A stretch of 64,000 nucleotides of DNA from an uncultured Chloroflexia bacterium (lineage in GTDB: Bacteria > Chloroflexota > Limnocylindria > QHBO01). Location of the stretch: contig CAWHAZ010000005.1 of the NCBI GenBank assembly GCA_963827475.1, forward strand, positions 544,001-608,000, written 5' to 3'. The translations under genes and the position numbers were made by a program. The notes beneath the pieces are model-generated. The model searched no databases. It worked only from the letters and a program-made list of their open reading frames with translations, and was not told where the DNA came from. Positions 21,649 to 32,896 of this stretch are shown in pieces (the first letter of the stretch is position 1; each line of letters starts with the position of its first letter).

Positions 21649-23130
21649 ATGCGGCTACGCGCGGAGGCCACGGACCCGGCATCGGTCGAGGCAAACGTCC
21701 TCGCCGTCCCCATCTACAAGGATGACGACCCGTTCGCCGGCGACCTCGCCAACCTGGATGCCGCGGCCGGCGGGGTGATCCGCCAGGCCCTCGATTGGGG
21801 AAGGTTCAACATCCTGGAGGACTACTTCGCCCTGGTCGACGGGGGCGATCTGCCGGTCGAGCACATCCTCATCGTCAACGGCGTCCGTCGCGGCCGCGGG
21901 CCGTGGCGGGCGCGCCGCATCGCCGGCGTCGCGACCCGAGCGCTGCAGGGCAAGGGTGCGGCCCGGATGGCGCTGTGGCTGCGCGACGGCGAGGATGCGG
22001 ACGGCTTCGCGGCGGCCGCGGTTGGCGCGATGGCGGGGACCTACCGGCCGATGGAGCTGTACGGCCGGCAGCGCGACACCGAGGCCATGAGGCGCAACGT
22101 CGAGGAGGTCGTGCTGCTCGGCGCCGACCAGGCGGTGCTCGATCGGGCCGCGACCCTGGCCGAAGGCGTCGCCTTCTGCCGGGACCTGGCGAACCGCTCG
22201 GCCAACGACCTGTATCCCGAGAAGATGGCCGAGGAGGCCCGCGCCCTCGAGGCGGACGGCTGCACGGTCGAGGTGCTGCACGTGCCCGAGATGCGGCAGC
22301 TGGGCATGAACGCCCTGCTCGGGGTCGGACAGGGCGGAGAGCATCCGCCGTGCCTCGTCGCCGTCAAGCTGCCCGGCTGGGAGCGGGGCGGGGACCGGCG
22401 GCTCGCGATCGTGGGCAAGGGCGTCTGCTTCGACTCCGGCGGCCTGAGCCTCAAGCCGGCCGACCGGATGGATGAGATGAAGCACGACAAGTCCGGCGCG
22501 GCGGCGGTCATCGCCGCGGCGCGGACCCTCGCCCGACTCCATCCCGACGCCCCGGTCATGGCTGTCGCGCCCATGGTCGAGAACATGCCGGGCGGTCGTG
22601 CCCAGCGTCCGGGGGACGTGGTGAAGGCCATGAACGGGAAGACGATCGAGATCACCAACACCGATGCCGAGGGCCGTCTCATCCTGGCCGACGCGCTCCA
22701 CTGGGCCGAAACCCAGGGAGCGACCCACCTCGTCGACGTCGCGACCCTGACCGGGGTGGCGTCGATGGCCTTCGGCGAGCTGGTGAGCGCCTACTTCGCC
22801 AAGCCCCGCGACTGGGGCGACGAGGTGCGGGCCGCGGCCGAGGCGACCGGGGAGTGGCTGTGGGAGATGCCCCTCGCCGTCGAGTACCGAACCCAGCTCG
22901 ATACGCCGTACGCGGACATCGTCAACAGCGGCTCGCGCGACGGGTCGCTCATCAAGAGCGCGATCTTCATCCACGAGTTCGTGACCCGCCCATGGGTCCA
23001 CCTGGACATCGCCGGCACGGCGTGGATGACCTCCGACAAGGCGACCTTCGCCAAGGGCGCGGTCGGGGTCGCGGTCACCACGCTCGTCCGCCTGGGGCAG
23101 GACTTCGCCGCAGCGGGGCGGGACGCCTGA
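21649..23130 (+). CDS. pepA: leucyl aminopeptidase (M17)
   Basis: GKGVCFDSGG, MKHDKSG, NTDAEGRL, HLDIAG. Confidence 0.95.
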   Translation: MRLRAEATDPASVEANVLAVPIYKDDDPFAGDLANLDAAAGGVIRQALDWGRFNILEDYFALVDGGDLPVEHILIVNGVRRGRGPWRARRIAGVATRALQGKGAARMALWLRDGEDADGFAAAAVGAMAGTYRPMELYGRQRDTEAMRRNVEEVVLLGADQAVLDRAATLAEGVAFCRDLANRSANDLYPEKMAEEARALEADGCTVEVLHVPEMRQLGMNALLGVGQGGEHPPCLVAVKLPGWERGGDRRLAIVGKGVCFDSGGLSLKPADRMDEMKHDKSGAAAVIAAARTLARLHPDAPVMAVAPMVENMPGGRAQRPGDVVKAMNGKTIEITNTDAEGRLILADALHWAETQGATHLVDVATLTGVASMAFGELVSAYFAKPRDWGDEVRAAAEATGEWLWEMPLAVEYRTQLDTPYADIVNSGSRDGSLIKSAIFIHEFVTRPWVHLDIAGTAWMTSDKATFAKGAVGVAVTTLVRLGQDFAAAGRDA

Positions 23131-23132
23131 CC

Positions 23133-23786
23133 GTGCCCTGGCCGGCCGTCGCGGCGGCCGTCTTCGGCCTCATCGGGATCGGGGCCGAGCGGGTGGCCAG
23201 CGTATGGCCGGCCGTCGAGGCCCGACATCGTCCCGCGAGCTGGCGAACGCTGGCCCTCGGGGTCGCCGCGGGCGCCGGCGCCTACGGCCTGGTCGCGACC
23301 TCCCACCTGCCACCGTGGGCGACGCTCGTCCACCTCGTCATGTTCGGGCTCATGGTCGGCCTGGTGGCCACCGATCTCGAGCAGCGGCGCCTGCCGCATC
23401 TCCTGCTGGATCCGCTGATCGTGGTCGCGGTCGGGTTCGCGGTCATCAACCCCGCGCTCGACACGCTGGCCGCCGCTGCCGGCGCCGCGGCGGCGGTCGC
23501 ATTCCTCGGCATCCTCGCCTTCGTCATCCGCGGCGGCATGGCGCTCGGTGACCTGTATCTCGCCGTGCCCATCGGTCTGACCCTCGGCTGGCCGATGGTC
23601 TGGAGCGGCCTGTTCACCGCCGCCCTGTTGGCCGGTGCCGTGAGCCTGTTCCTGGTCGTGACCGGGCGCGTCGGCCTCCGCTCGTACATCGCGTTCGGTC
23701 CGTACCTGGTGGCCGGCTACCTCCTCACCCTCCTCCGGGAGGGCTCGCTGCTGGCACCGTCGGTCACCTCGGCCTTCGGCGGCTGA
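23133..23786 (+). CDS. A24 family (prepilin) peptidase
   Basis: TDLEQRRLP, GGMALGD, IAFGPYL. Confidence 0.85.
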   Translation: MPWPAVAAAVFGLIGIGAERVASVWPAVEARHRPASWRTLALGVAAGAGAYGLVATSHLPPWATLVHLVMFGLMVGLVATDLEQRRLPHLLLDPLIVVAVGFAVINPALDTLAAAAGAAAAVAFLGILAFVIRGGMALGDLYLAVPIGLTLGWPMVWSGLFTAALLAGAVSLFLVVTGRVGLRSYIAFGPYLVAGYLLTLLREGSLLAPSVTSAFGG

Positions 23787-23828
23787 CCTATTCGACCGAA
23801 CACCTGACGGCTGGTACCCTTCCGAGCG

Positions 23829-26567
23829 ATGCATCCAGCTATGCAGCGGCGGCGTCGGCAGCTGCTGACCCGCCGGGGAGCCCGGCGCGGGTCGCAGCGC
23901 CGGGGCTTGCTTCTTGCGTTCGTCGTCGTCTTCAGCTTCTTCGGAGTGCTGGTCGGCGGTACGGTGGTTGGCGCCGGAGCCGGCGCGTTCTTCGCCTACA
24001 ACTACTTCGCCTCCGGGCTCCCGGATCCGAACCTTCTCGACGAGGTGCCGCTTCCCCAGTCGAGCCTGGTCTACGACCGGACCGGCACCGTCCTCCTCGC
24101 CCGGTTCGAATGCCAGAACCGCGAATCGGTCACCTTCTCGGAGATCCCCGAGACGATCGTGAACGCCACGGTCGCGAGCGAGGACCAGACCTTCTGGACG
24201 AACAGCGGCGTCGACATGCAGGCCATCGCCCGGGCGGCGTACGCCAACCTCCAGGCCGGGTCGATCGTGCAGGGCGCCTCGACCATCACCCAGCAGGTCA
24301 TCAAGTACGCGGGCTCCATCGTCCTGACCCAGGAGGCCGCGGACGACACGATCGTGGTGCCGAGCGTCGCACCAATCGACGGGAGCGGGGAGCCCACGGC
24401 CGATGAGGTCTGCCCGCCGCCGCGCCTGACGTTCCTCGAAGGGCGTGGCTTCGAGGACAAGATCCGCGAGCAGATCATGGCCATGCAGGTGACCGCGGCG
24501 TACCCGGGCCGCGAGGGCAAGGAGCTCATCCTCGCCACCTACCTGAACCTGATCTTCTACGGCAACGGCTCATACGGGATCAAGGCCGCGGCGGCGAACT
24601 ACTTCGGCATCGACGACCTGTCCCAGCTTGACCCTCAGCCAGGCGGCCTTCCTCGCCGCCCTGCCCGCAGCGCCCGAGCGCGCTTGGACCCGTACCAGAA
24701 CGCTGATGGTCCGGCCGACGCCATGCGCGAGCGGGACGGCGTCCTGTTCCGCATGCTCGAGGAGGAGTACATCACCCTCGAGCAATACCAGGAGGCGATC
24801 GAAACCACCTGGGAGCAGATGGGCCCGAGCCGGATCGTCCACCCGCTGCTCGAGCCGCACTTCACGTTCCGCGTGCAGCGCGAGATGGCCCACATCCTCG
24901 CCGAGATGGGCGTGCCCGATCCCGAGCAGGCGGTCCGGACCGGCGGCTACCGGGTCACCACCACCCTCGACTACCCGCTGCAACAGGTGGCCCGCTCGCT
25001 GGTGCAGCGGGAGGTGCAAGAGCTCGTCAACTTCAACGTTCACAACGGGGCGCTGGTGGCGATCGACTCGGCGACCGGCGAGATCGTCAGCTACATCGGC
25101 AGCATCGACTACTACAACCAGGCCGATCCACGGGTCCAGGGCCAGTTCGACGTCGCCGGGCTGGCCCGCCGCCAGCCGGGATCGGCGTTCAAGCCGATCG
25201 TCTACACCTCCGCCTTCATGAACCGCCGGGCGACGGTGTCGACCATGTTCGTCGACGCGCTGACGAACTTCGGCAACGACCAGTCCAAGTACGAGCCGAC
25301 GAACGCGAACAACCGGGAGGCCGGCCCGCTGCTGGCCATGGACGCGCTCCGCTACTCGCTGAACATCCCGTCGGTCCAGATGCAGTGGGTGGTCGGCCCG
25401 GAGGTGACCGCCCAATTTTCCGAGGAGCTGGGCATCGCCAGCGCCGAGTACATCATGGCCCAGGACCCGTACGTGACCCTGGGCCTCGGAACGGTGCCCG
25501 TCAACCTGACCAACTTCACCCAGGGCTACAGCGCGTTTGCCCAGCAGGGGACGCTGCATCCGGCCACGGCGATCATCGAGATCCGCGACCGCGATGGCGA
25601 CCTCGTCTACTCCCGCGATGCTGATGCCCCGGCCCCGACCCAGCCGATGACCCCGGCCGAGGCGTACCTGACCCACTGGATCATCGAGGGCAACACGAAC
25701 CCGGCCACCAACCTGTTCTGGGGGCCGCGCGCCCAGCTTCGTGACCCGTCCGGCGTCCGACGCCACGCCGCCTTCAAGACGGGGACGACCGACGACTTCA
25801 AGGACGTCTCGGGCATGGGCTACATCCCCGGCAGCCTGACCGTCGGGGTCTGGATGGGGAACAACAACCAGGAGCCGATGTCGAACCGCATCTCCGGTGG
25901 CCTGTTCGCGGCCGACGGGCCGCTGTACCTGTGGCACGACTTCATGGACGTCGCGATCAACCAGCCGTGGGACTGGAACGGCCATACGCCGGTCCCGAAC
26001 CTCGACTTCGCGCAGCCGCCGGGCGTGGTCATGGCCGATGTCTGCCGCTTCAGCGGGATGAGCCCGCCGAACTGCGGCAGCGGGACGATCAACGTGCCGT
26101 TCCTGGAGGGCACCGTGCCGCCGCCGGACAACGTGCACCGCACCGACCAGTGGCACCCGGACGGCTGCTTCGACATCGTGGGCTACGTGCAGGCAGCCGG
26201 ACGCCCGGACCGCTGGGTGGCCGCCGCCGCCGGCTGGGCCGACAAGATCAACAACGGCGCGTATGCCACGTCGGGGAGCCGCTACGGCATCGGCTCGGTT
26301 CCCGGCCGTCCCGGCTACGGGGCGCCGATCTGCGGCGAGCTGAAGGCGCCGCCACCGACGCCGACTCCAGAGCCGTGCAGCTTCGGACTGTCCGACTGCC
26401 CGCGGCCGAGTTCTGCCCGTCGCCGCTCCCCGTGATCCGGATGAGCGCCACGGCGCCGGTCGGCCGGCCAGCCCATCGACGCGGGGCTGCTGGTGCCGGT
26501 CTTCGTCGTCCCGATGGTCGCCGGTGCGGCGCCATTCCTGCTGCGCCTCGTGCGGCGCCGTCACTGA
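23829..26567 (+). CDS. class A penicillin-binding protein (transglycosylase/transpeptidase); frameshifts near 24630-24690 and 26400-26470
   Basis: SEDQTF, GASTITQQ, YLNLIFYG, SAFK (SxxK), SLN, KTGT; hydrophobic tail ending LVRRRH* at 26567 in a shifted frame. Confidence 0.9.
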
Positions 26568-26582
26568 CCGACCACCGCCCGC

Positions 26583-27839
26583 GTGGCTCGGTCCGTCCTG
26601 ACCCTGATCCTGGCTGGAGGTGAGGGGGAACGCCTGTCGGTGCTGTCCCAGGTTCGGGCCAAGCCCGGCGTCCCGTTCGGCGGGAAGTACCGGATCATCG
26701 ATTTCTCGCTGTCGAACGTGGTGAACTCGGGCTTGACCGACGTCGGGATCCTGACCCAGTACGCTCCGCGGTCGCTGATCGACCACATCGGGGTCGGTCG
26801 CCCCTGGGACCTCGACCGCAGCCACGGCGGGGTCAGCCTGCTGCAGCCGTTCGTCGAGCGGGCGCGGCCGCGCACCTGGTACCGGGGAACGGCGGATGCG
26901 GTGCTCCAGAACCTGGACTACATCGAGAACCGCGACCCGGAGCTCGTCCTCGTCCTGGCCGGCGACCACGTCTACAAGATGGACTACCGCCCGTTCATCG
27001 CCCTGCACCGCGCCCGCGACGCGGACCTCACCGTGGCCGTTCGGCGCGTCCCGCTGGCCGACGCCAATCGCTTCGGCATCCTCGAGCTGGGCGATGACGG
27101 GAGGGTCACCCGCTTCGTCGAGAAGCCGGCCAACCCGACCTCCAACCTGGTCAGCATGGGCGTATACGCGTTCAGTTGGCCGCTCCTGCGCGAGATGCTC
27201 TCCTCGGAGCGGGTGGACTTCGGCCGGGACGTGCTGCCCGCGATGGTCGACAGCGGCCGCGCGGTCCACGCCTACGAGTACGGCGGCTACTGGCAGGACA
27301 TCGGGACCGTCGACGCGTACTGGCAGGCCAGCATGGACCTCCTCGCCGACACGCCGCCGCTCGACCTGTACGAGACCGGCTGGCTGATCTACACCAAGAG
27401 CGAGGAGCGGGCGCCGGCCCGCATTGGCGCGAGCGCGAGGGTCACCCGCAGCATGATCAGCCACGGCTGCGACGTCGACGGCGCCGTGGACCGCAGCATC
27501 CTGTCCCCGGGCGTGCGCATCGGCGCCGGTGCCGTGGTCCGCGAGTCGATCGTGATGTTCGACAGCGAGATCGGGCCCGGCGCGGTCCTCGACCGGGTGA
27601 TCATCGACAAGGAGTGCGTGATCGGTGCCGATGCCCGGATCGGTGACGGCCGCGTCCTGCGGCCCAACCGCAGTGAGCCCGAGCGGCTGTTCAGCGGCCT
27701 GACCCTCGTCGGCAAACAGGCCCACGTGCCGGCCCGGGCGCGCATCGGGCGAAACTGCCGCATCGATCCGTATGTAACCGAATCGGACTACCCCCGTCGT
27801 CGGGTGGCGGCAGGAGACACGGTGGCCCACGCTGGCTGA
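26583..27839 (+). CDS. glgC: glucose-1-phosphate adenylyltransferase
   Basis: LAGGEGERL, RAKPGVPFGGKYRIIDF, WYRGTADAV, GDHVYKMDY. Confidence 0.95.
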   Translation: MARSVLTLILAGGEGERLSVLSQVRAKPGVPFGGKYRIIDFSLSNVVNSGLTDVGILTQYAPRSLIDHIGVGRPWDLDRSHGGVSLLQPFVERARPRTWYRGTADAVLQNLDYIENRDPELVLVLAGDHVYKMDYRPFIALHRARDADLTVAVRRVPLADANRFGILELGDDGRVTRFVEKPANPTSNLVSMGVYAFSWPLLREMLSSERVDFGRDVLPAMVDSGRAVHAYEYGGYWQDIGTVDAYWQASMDLLADTPPLDLYETGWLIYTKSEERAPARIGASARVTRSMISHGCDVDGAVDRSILSPGVRIGAGAVVRESIVMFDSEIGPGAVLDRVIIDKECVIGADARIGDGRVLRPNRSEPERLFSGLTLVGKQAHVPARARIGRNCRIDPYVTESDYPRRRVAAGDTVAHAG

Positions 27840-27840
27840 C

Positions 27841-28383
27841 ATGCGCGCCATGGAAATGGCGCCGCCCCTCGATGATTGGCTTGCCGACCTGGGTCTGGAG
27901 ACGGTCAGCCGCACGGCGGCGCCGCGAGACGAGGCCCTGAGCCGCGACGTCGTCCTCGACGGGGAGCGGCGCTTCGACCTGCGGGTCACGATTGCCTGGG
28001 CTGCGGGGATGGGCCTCCACCTGTGGGGCTACTACGGGCCCGACGCGATGGAGCTGCCCCGGCGAACCCTGCTGCGCCTCCTGGGCGCCAATGCCGAGTT
28101 TCCGTTCGTGAAGTTCGCGGTGACCGAGGAGGACCGACCGATGCTCATCTCGGAGCTGCCGCCCGCGGCGGTTGATCGGGACGAGCTCGGGAGGGCCCTG
28201 ACCCGAATGGTCGTGGTCGCCGATCGGCTCGTCCAGGAGACGGCGCCCGCGATCGCGGACCGCGGCCGACTCCCGGACTGGGCTGGTCGGGTCGGCCGCA
28301 ACCCGCAGCTCATGGACCGATACCGTGCCGAGGTGGAATCCACGCTGCCCGACTGGCCGGATTCCGAGGAGGCGGGCCGATGA
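27841..28383 (+). CDS. YbjN-like domain protein
   Basis: LLRLLGANAEFPFVKF pattern typical of the YbjN/T3SS-chaperone fold; operonic position. Confidence 0.6.
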   Translation: MRAMEMAPPLDDWLADLGLETVSRTAAPRDEALSRDVVLDGERRFDLRVTIAWAAGMGLHLWGYYGPDAMELPRRTLLRLLGANAEFPFVKFAVTEEDRPMLISELPPAAVDRDELGRALTRMVVVADRLVQETAPAIADRGRLPDWAGRVGRNPQLMDRYRAEVESTLPDWPDSEEAGR

Positions 28384-30326
28384 AGGCGCATCGTGGCGCT
28401 CGCCTCGCGCTCGTGGCCGCCACCCTGGCCGCCGCGCTGTCCGCGCCGGCCGCCGTGTCTGGCGCCGAGTACACGATGGTGACCGACGCGAGGTACGTGG
28501 TCGACGACACCGCCGCGAAGGTCATCGTGACGGTGGACGTCGCGTTCACCAATACGTTCGCCGCGCCGGCGGGCCAGGTGAGCGTGTTCAACACCATCCG
28601 TCTCGCCATCCACGACCACGCGGCGGCGGTGGTGGCCGGCGACGGGAGCGGCGCACTGAACGTGAGCGTGGCCGTCGAGAGTGGCGTGAACGTCGCAACC
28701 ATCACCCCGCGCGCCCCGGTCACGTACGGCCAGACGGCGGCGATCCAGCTCGCGTACGAGCTGCGCGACGGCGAGGACCCCGCCATCCGCGTCGGGCAGC
28801 ACCTCGTCAGCTTCCCGGCCTGGGGGTTCGGGACCCAGAGCGCGGTGCGGGTCGAGCTGGCGGCCGACTTCGAGGTCCGGGTGGATGGGGACGACCTGGA
28901 CGCCACGGTGGAGGGCGACACGGCGGTCCTCACCAGCGGCACGATCGCCGATCCGACCCACTGGCTGGCGAACATCGGTGCCACGCGTGAGCCCGACTAC
29001 GAGACGCTCCAGCGCGCGATCCCGCTCGCCGGCGGGACGGCCGATCTCCAGGTCCGCCACTGGGTCGACGACCCCGAGTGGGGCACGGCCATGCTGGACC
29101 TGGTGGCGGAGGCCCTTCCCCGGCTGGAGGCGGCCTTCGGGGTCCCGTACCCCGCGCGGGGCCCGCTGGTGATCACCGAGTCGGTCACCGCCGGCGGTCC
29201 GGACGTCCGGAGCGACACGGGCGGGGTGGCGGTCGGCTTCACCGAGCCGCCGTTCACGGTCCTCCACCAGGTCGCCCACGCCTGGGCCGGCGAGGGCCTG
29301 ACCGGAGACCGATGGCTGGTCGAAGGTCTCGCCTCGTGGGCGGCGGGCGCGGTGTCGACCGAGCTCGAGCTCGCCCTGCCCCACGACCCGGCCGCGGTGG
29401 CGTCCAGCCTGGCGGCCAACGCCTTCCCCCTCGCGGAATGGGATGCCACCGAGCGGCCGGCGGCGGCCGAGGGCTGGGCCCACGCCGCGTCGTGGTCGCT
29501 CATCAACCAGGCCGCCGCGACAGCCGGCGCCGAGGCGTTCCGCGAGGCGCTGCGTCGGATGGCGGCCGGCCTCGACGGCTACGACCCGGCCCCCGGGGCG
29601 ACGCTCGCCGAGGAGGCGGCGGTCGAGCCCGTGGCGGTGACCACGCGTGCGGTGCTCGACCACCTGGACGCGGTGACCGCCGAGCCGGTCGTCGAGTCGC
29701 TCGCCGGCTCCCTGCTGGGCGCCAACGCCGCGGCGGAGCTCGCCGCCCGGACAAGCGCCCGCGCGGCGTACGACGCCCTCGTGCTGGCGGCCGGGGACTG
29801 GGATGATCCCGGTCCGGTCCGCGCGGCCATGGTCGAGTGGCGGTTCGCGGACGCGGAGGGCCTGATTGCTGACGCGGGGGCCTGGCTGGTTGGCCGCGAC
29901 GCGCTGCTGGGGGAAATCGAGGCAGCGGAGCTCACCGCTCCGGACCGCCTCGCGGCGGCCTACCGCAACCACGGCGGCGGCGAGGAGGCCTGGGCCGAGA
30001 TCGACGCCGAACGCGCGGTCGTGGCTGCCTACGCCGACGCGACCGCGTCGATCGACGAGCGGCTGGACCCGGTGGCCCGGATCGGGCTGCTCATGGGACC
30101 GGGCCCCGACGAGCGGCTGGCCGCGGCGGCCACCGGATTCGCCGCCGGCGACCTGCGGGTGGCCGCGGACGAGCTCGCCGGCCTGAACAAGGATCTTGCC
30201 ACCGCGACCGCGGGCGGCCTCGTCCGCCTCCTCGGAGTGGTGGTTGCGCTCGGCGTGGCCATCCTGCTGGGCTCGATGGCGATGCGCCGCCGGCGGACGA
30301 GGACCGACTACACTCCCGAGCCATGA
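28380..30326 (+). CDS. exported, C-terminally anchored gluzincin (M1/MA)-like protein with HQxxH motif
   Basis: signal peptide, LHQVAHAW..WLVEGLAS, C-terminal TM followed by RRRR. Confidence 0.7.
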   Translation: MKAHRGARLALVAATLAAALSAPAAVSGAEYTMVTDARYVVDDTAAKVIVTVDVAFTNTFAAPAGQVSVFNTIRLAIHDHAAAVVAGDGSGALNVSVAVESGVNVATITPRAPVTYGQTAAIQLAYELRDGEDPAIRVGQHLVSFPAWGFGTQSAVRVELAADFEVRVDGDDLDATVEGDTAVLTSGTIADPTHWLANIGATREPDYETLQRAIPLAGGTADLQVRHWVDDPEWGTAMLDLVAEALPRLEAAFGVPYPARGPLVITESVTAGGPDVRSDTGGVAVGFTEPPFTVLHQVAHAWAGEGLTGDRWLVEGLASWAAGAVSTELELALPHDPAAVASSLAANAFPLAEWDATERPAAAEGWAHAASWSLINQAAATAGAEAFREALRRMAAGLDGYDPAPGATLAEEAAVEPVAVTTRAVLDHLDAVTAEPVVESLAGSLLGANAAAELAARTSARAAYDALVLAAGDWDDPGPVRAAMVEWRFADAEGLIADAGAWLVGRDALLGEIEAAELTAPDRLAAAYRNHGGGEEAWAEIDAERAVVAAYADATASIDERLDPVARIGLLMGPGPDERLAAAATGFAAGDLRVAADELAGLNKDLATATAGGLVRLLGVVVALGVAILLGSMAMRRRRTRTDYTPEP

Positions 30327-31354
30327 CCGGGAAGGACGCGGTCGGGCGGTTCGGCGCGACCGATGAGGTCCTGACCGGCCAGACCGCAGACGTCTACTTC
30401 GAGCGCGCCCAGGCCATCCTCAAGGCCGAGCACCTCGACCCGGTGGTCACGATGGAGGTGTTCTCCCGCGACGCGGGAATCCTCTGCGGCGCTGCCGAGG
30501 TCCATGCCTTCCTCGGCCAGGTCCTCGGCCCGGGCAACGGCCATGACCCAGCGCCGGTGGTCGAGTCGCTGTCCGACGGCGACTCCTTCGAGTCGAAGGA
30601 GGTCGTCATGCGCATCGAGGCGCGCTACTCGGCCTTCGGCCTGTACGAGACCGCCGTCCTCGGCACGCTGGCCCAATGCTCGGGCTGGGCGACGGCCGCC
30701 CGACGCATCGTGGATGCCGCGTCGCCGATCCCGGTCATCGGCTTCGGCGCCCGCCACGTCCACCCGAGCGTGGCCGACCAGATGGACTACGCCAGCGTGG
30801 TCGGCGGCTGCATCGGTGCGTCCACCCCCGCCGGGGCGCGGATGGCGGGCCTGTCGCCGACCGGGACCATGCCCCACGCCCTGGTTCTGATCTTCGGCGA
30901 CACGGTGCGCGCGGCCGAGGCCTTCGACCGCCACATCGATCCGGACGTGCCGCGCATCGTCCTGGTCGACACCTTCAAGGACGAGGCGGAGGAGTCGCTC
31001 CGCGTGGCGGAAGCGCTCGGGGAGCGGCTGTGGGGCGTCCGCCTCGACACCCCCTCGGAGCGTGGCCGGGTCACACCGGATCTCGTCACCGAGGTCCGTG
31101 CTCGCCTCGACCTGGCCGGGCATGGCCACGTGAAGATCGTGGTGTCCGGCGGGCTGGACGCGGAGCGCATCGGTGTGTTCAAGGAGGCCGGCGCCCCGGT
31201 TGACTCGTTCGCGGTGGGCTCCGCCATCTCGGACGCCAGCCCGATCGACTTCACCGGCGACCTGAAGGAGATCGACGGCCGCCCGATCGCCAAGCGGGGC
31301 CGGATCCCGGGCCGCACCGAGAACCCCCGGCTCCAGCGCCTCGAGCTCGGCTAG
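30323..31354 (+). CDS. pncB: nicotinate phosphoribosyltransferase
   Basis: TADVYF, FGARH, GTMPH, LVDTF, VRLDT, SGGLD. Confidence 0.9.
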   Translation: MTGKDAVGRFGATDEVLTGQTADVYFERAQAILKAEHLDPVVTMEVFSRDAGILCGAAEVHAFLGQVLGPGNGHDPAPVVESLSDGDSFESKEVVMRIEARYSAFGLYETAVLGTLAQCSGWATAARRIVDAASPIPVIGFGARHVHPSVADQMDYASVVGGCIGASTPAGARMAGLSPTGTMPHALVLIFGDTVRAAEAFDRHIDPDVPRIVLVDTFKDEAEESLRVAEALGERLWGVRLDTPSERGRVTPDLVTEVRARLDLAGHGHVKIVVSGGLDAERIGVFKEAGAPVDSFAVGSAISDASPIDFTGDLKEIDGRPIAKRGRIPGRTENPRLQRLELG

Positions 31355-31881
31355 GCGCGGCCCATCCGGCGTGCGAACCAGTAGATCGCGACCAGGGACT
31401 TCGCGTCGCTGATCACCCCGCCGGCGACCGCCTCCAGCGACTGGTCGAGGCTCAGCCACTCCAGCTCCAGCGACTCGTCCTCCGGCCCGGATGCGGTCGT
31501 CGGCGCCAGGTCGGTGGCCAGCCACACGGTGAGGTACTCGGTGCAGAACCCCGGCGCGGTCCAGAAGCCGGGGCCGGCCTCCCACGTCGCGGCGGTCACC
31601 CCGCACTCCTCGGCCAGCTCGCGCGCCGCGGTTTCGTGCGGCTCCTCGCCCGGGTCCCGTGTCCCGGCCGGGATCTCCAGCGTCTCGCGTGCGGCTGCCT
31701 GGCGCCACTGGCGGACCACGGCCATCCGCTCACCGTCCCAGGCCACGATTCCGACCGCGCCGGGATGCTCGACGATCTCGCGGCTCGCCGGCCGTCCATC
31801 GGCCATCTCCACCTCGTCCACCCGGACGTTCAGCAGCCGCCCCTCGAAGACCCGGCGGGTGGACGTGGTCCGTTCCTCCAT
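31351..31881 (-). CDS. NUDIX hydrolase (ADP-ribose pyrophosphatase-like)
   Basis: EIPAG..DPGE...TAARELAEECG Nudix box, ISDAKS. Confidence 0.9.
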   Translation of the reverse strand: MEERTTSTRRVFEGRLLNVRVDEVEMADGRPASREIVEHPGAVGIVAWDGERMAVVRQWRQAAARETLEIPAGTRDPGEEPHETAARELAEECGVTAATWEAGPGFWTAPGFCTEYLTVWLATDLAPTTASGPEDESLELEWLSLDQSLEAVAGGVISDAKSLVAIYWFARRMGRA

Positions 31882-31959
31882 GGGCCGATCTTGCCACGCC
31901 GGCAGGCCCATCGGGCCGCTTCCGGCCCCGCGCTCGGCGGCTGCTAGCATCGACGGGTC

Positions 31960-32896
31960 GTGATCTCGGTCGCAGGGCTCGAGCGCCGGTTCCGGACGGT
32001 CATCGCCGTCCAGGACCTGTCGTTCGCCGTGCCCGCGGGGGAGGTCTACGGGTTGCTCGGGCCGAACGGGGCGGGCAAGACGACCACGATCCGCATCCTG
32101 GCCGGCCTCATCGCGCCGAGCGCCGGCACCGCCGAGATCGACGGCCTCCAGCTCGGGCCGGACAACCATCAGATCCGTGCCCGGACCGGCATCCTGACCG
32201 AGAGCCCGGGCCTCCACGACCGCCTGACCGCCCGCCAGAACCTGGCCTACTACGGACGCCTGTACGGACTGACCGATGCCGCGCTGCGCGAGGCGGTGGA
32301 CCGCCACCTGGCGGTGGTCGGCCTGACCGATGACGCGGATCGCCGGGTCGGTGGCTTCTCGAAGGGGATGCGGCAGCGGGTGGCGATCGCCCGGGCGCTC
32401 CTCCACGAGCCGCGGGTGATCTACCTCGACGAGCCGACCAGCGGGCTCGACCCGGAGGCCGCGAAGTCCATCCGGGAGGTCATCGCCGGGTTGCGGGACG
32501 CCGGCCGGTCGATCCTCATGTGCACCCACAACCTCGACGAGGCCGAGCGCCTGTGCGATCGGATCGGGATTCTCAACGGGCGGCTCATGGCCGAGGGCAC
32601 ACCGGCCGAGCTTCGCCGTCGCGTGCGGCCGGCGACCACCCATGTCCAGCTCGACGGCGGGCCGGTCGACGCGACGGCCCTGGCCGGACCCGTCGGCTCC
32701 CTCCCCTTCGTGCGGACCGTGCGTGCCGAGCGAGCGCGACCTGTGGGTCGAGCTGGCCGAGCCGCGGCAGGACACGCCCGATCTCGTCCGCGAGCTCGTG
32801 GGCCACGGAGCACGGGTGCTGGCCATCTCCGAGGAAGTGGCGACCCTCGAGCAGGTGTACCTCGACCTCGTGGCGGAGGACGTCCATGCGGCTTGA
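31960..32896 (+). CDS. ABC-2 type ATP-binding protein; frameshift near 32735
   Basis: GPNGAGKTT, FSKGMRQR, LDEPTSGLD; tail TLEQVYLDLV in a shifted frame. Confidence 0.9.

Noticed and set aside
24570-27989. 1139-aa minus-strand ORF and other long shadow ORFs (e.g. 39087-42074, 28032-29972, 49760-51643)
   Set aside because: Antisense shadows of well-supported genes; stop codons are scarce in very GC-rich DNA and the translations carry no recognisable motifs
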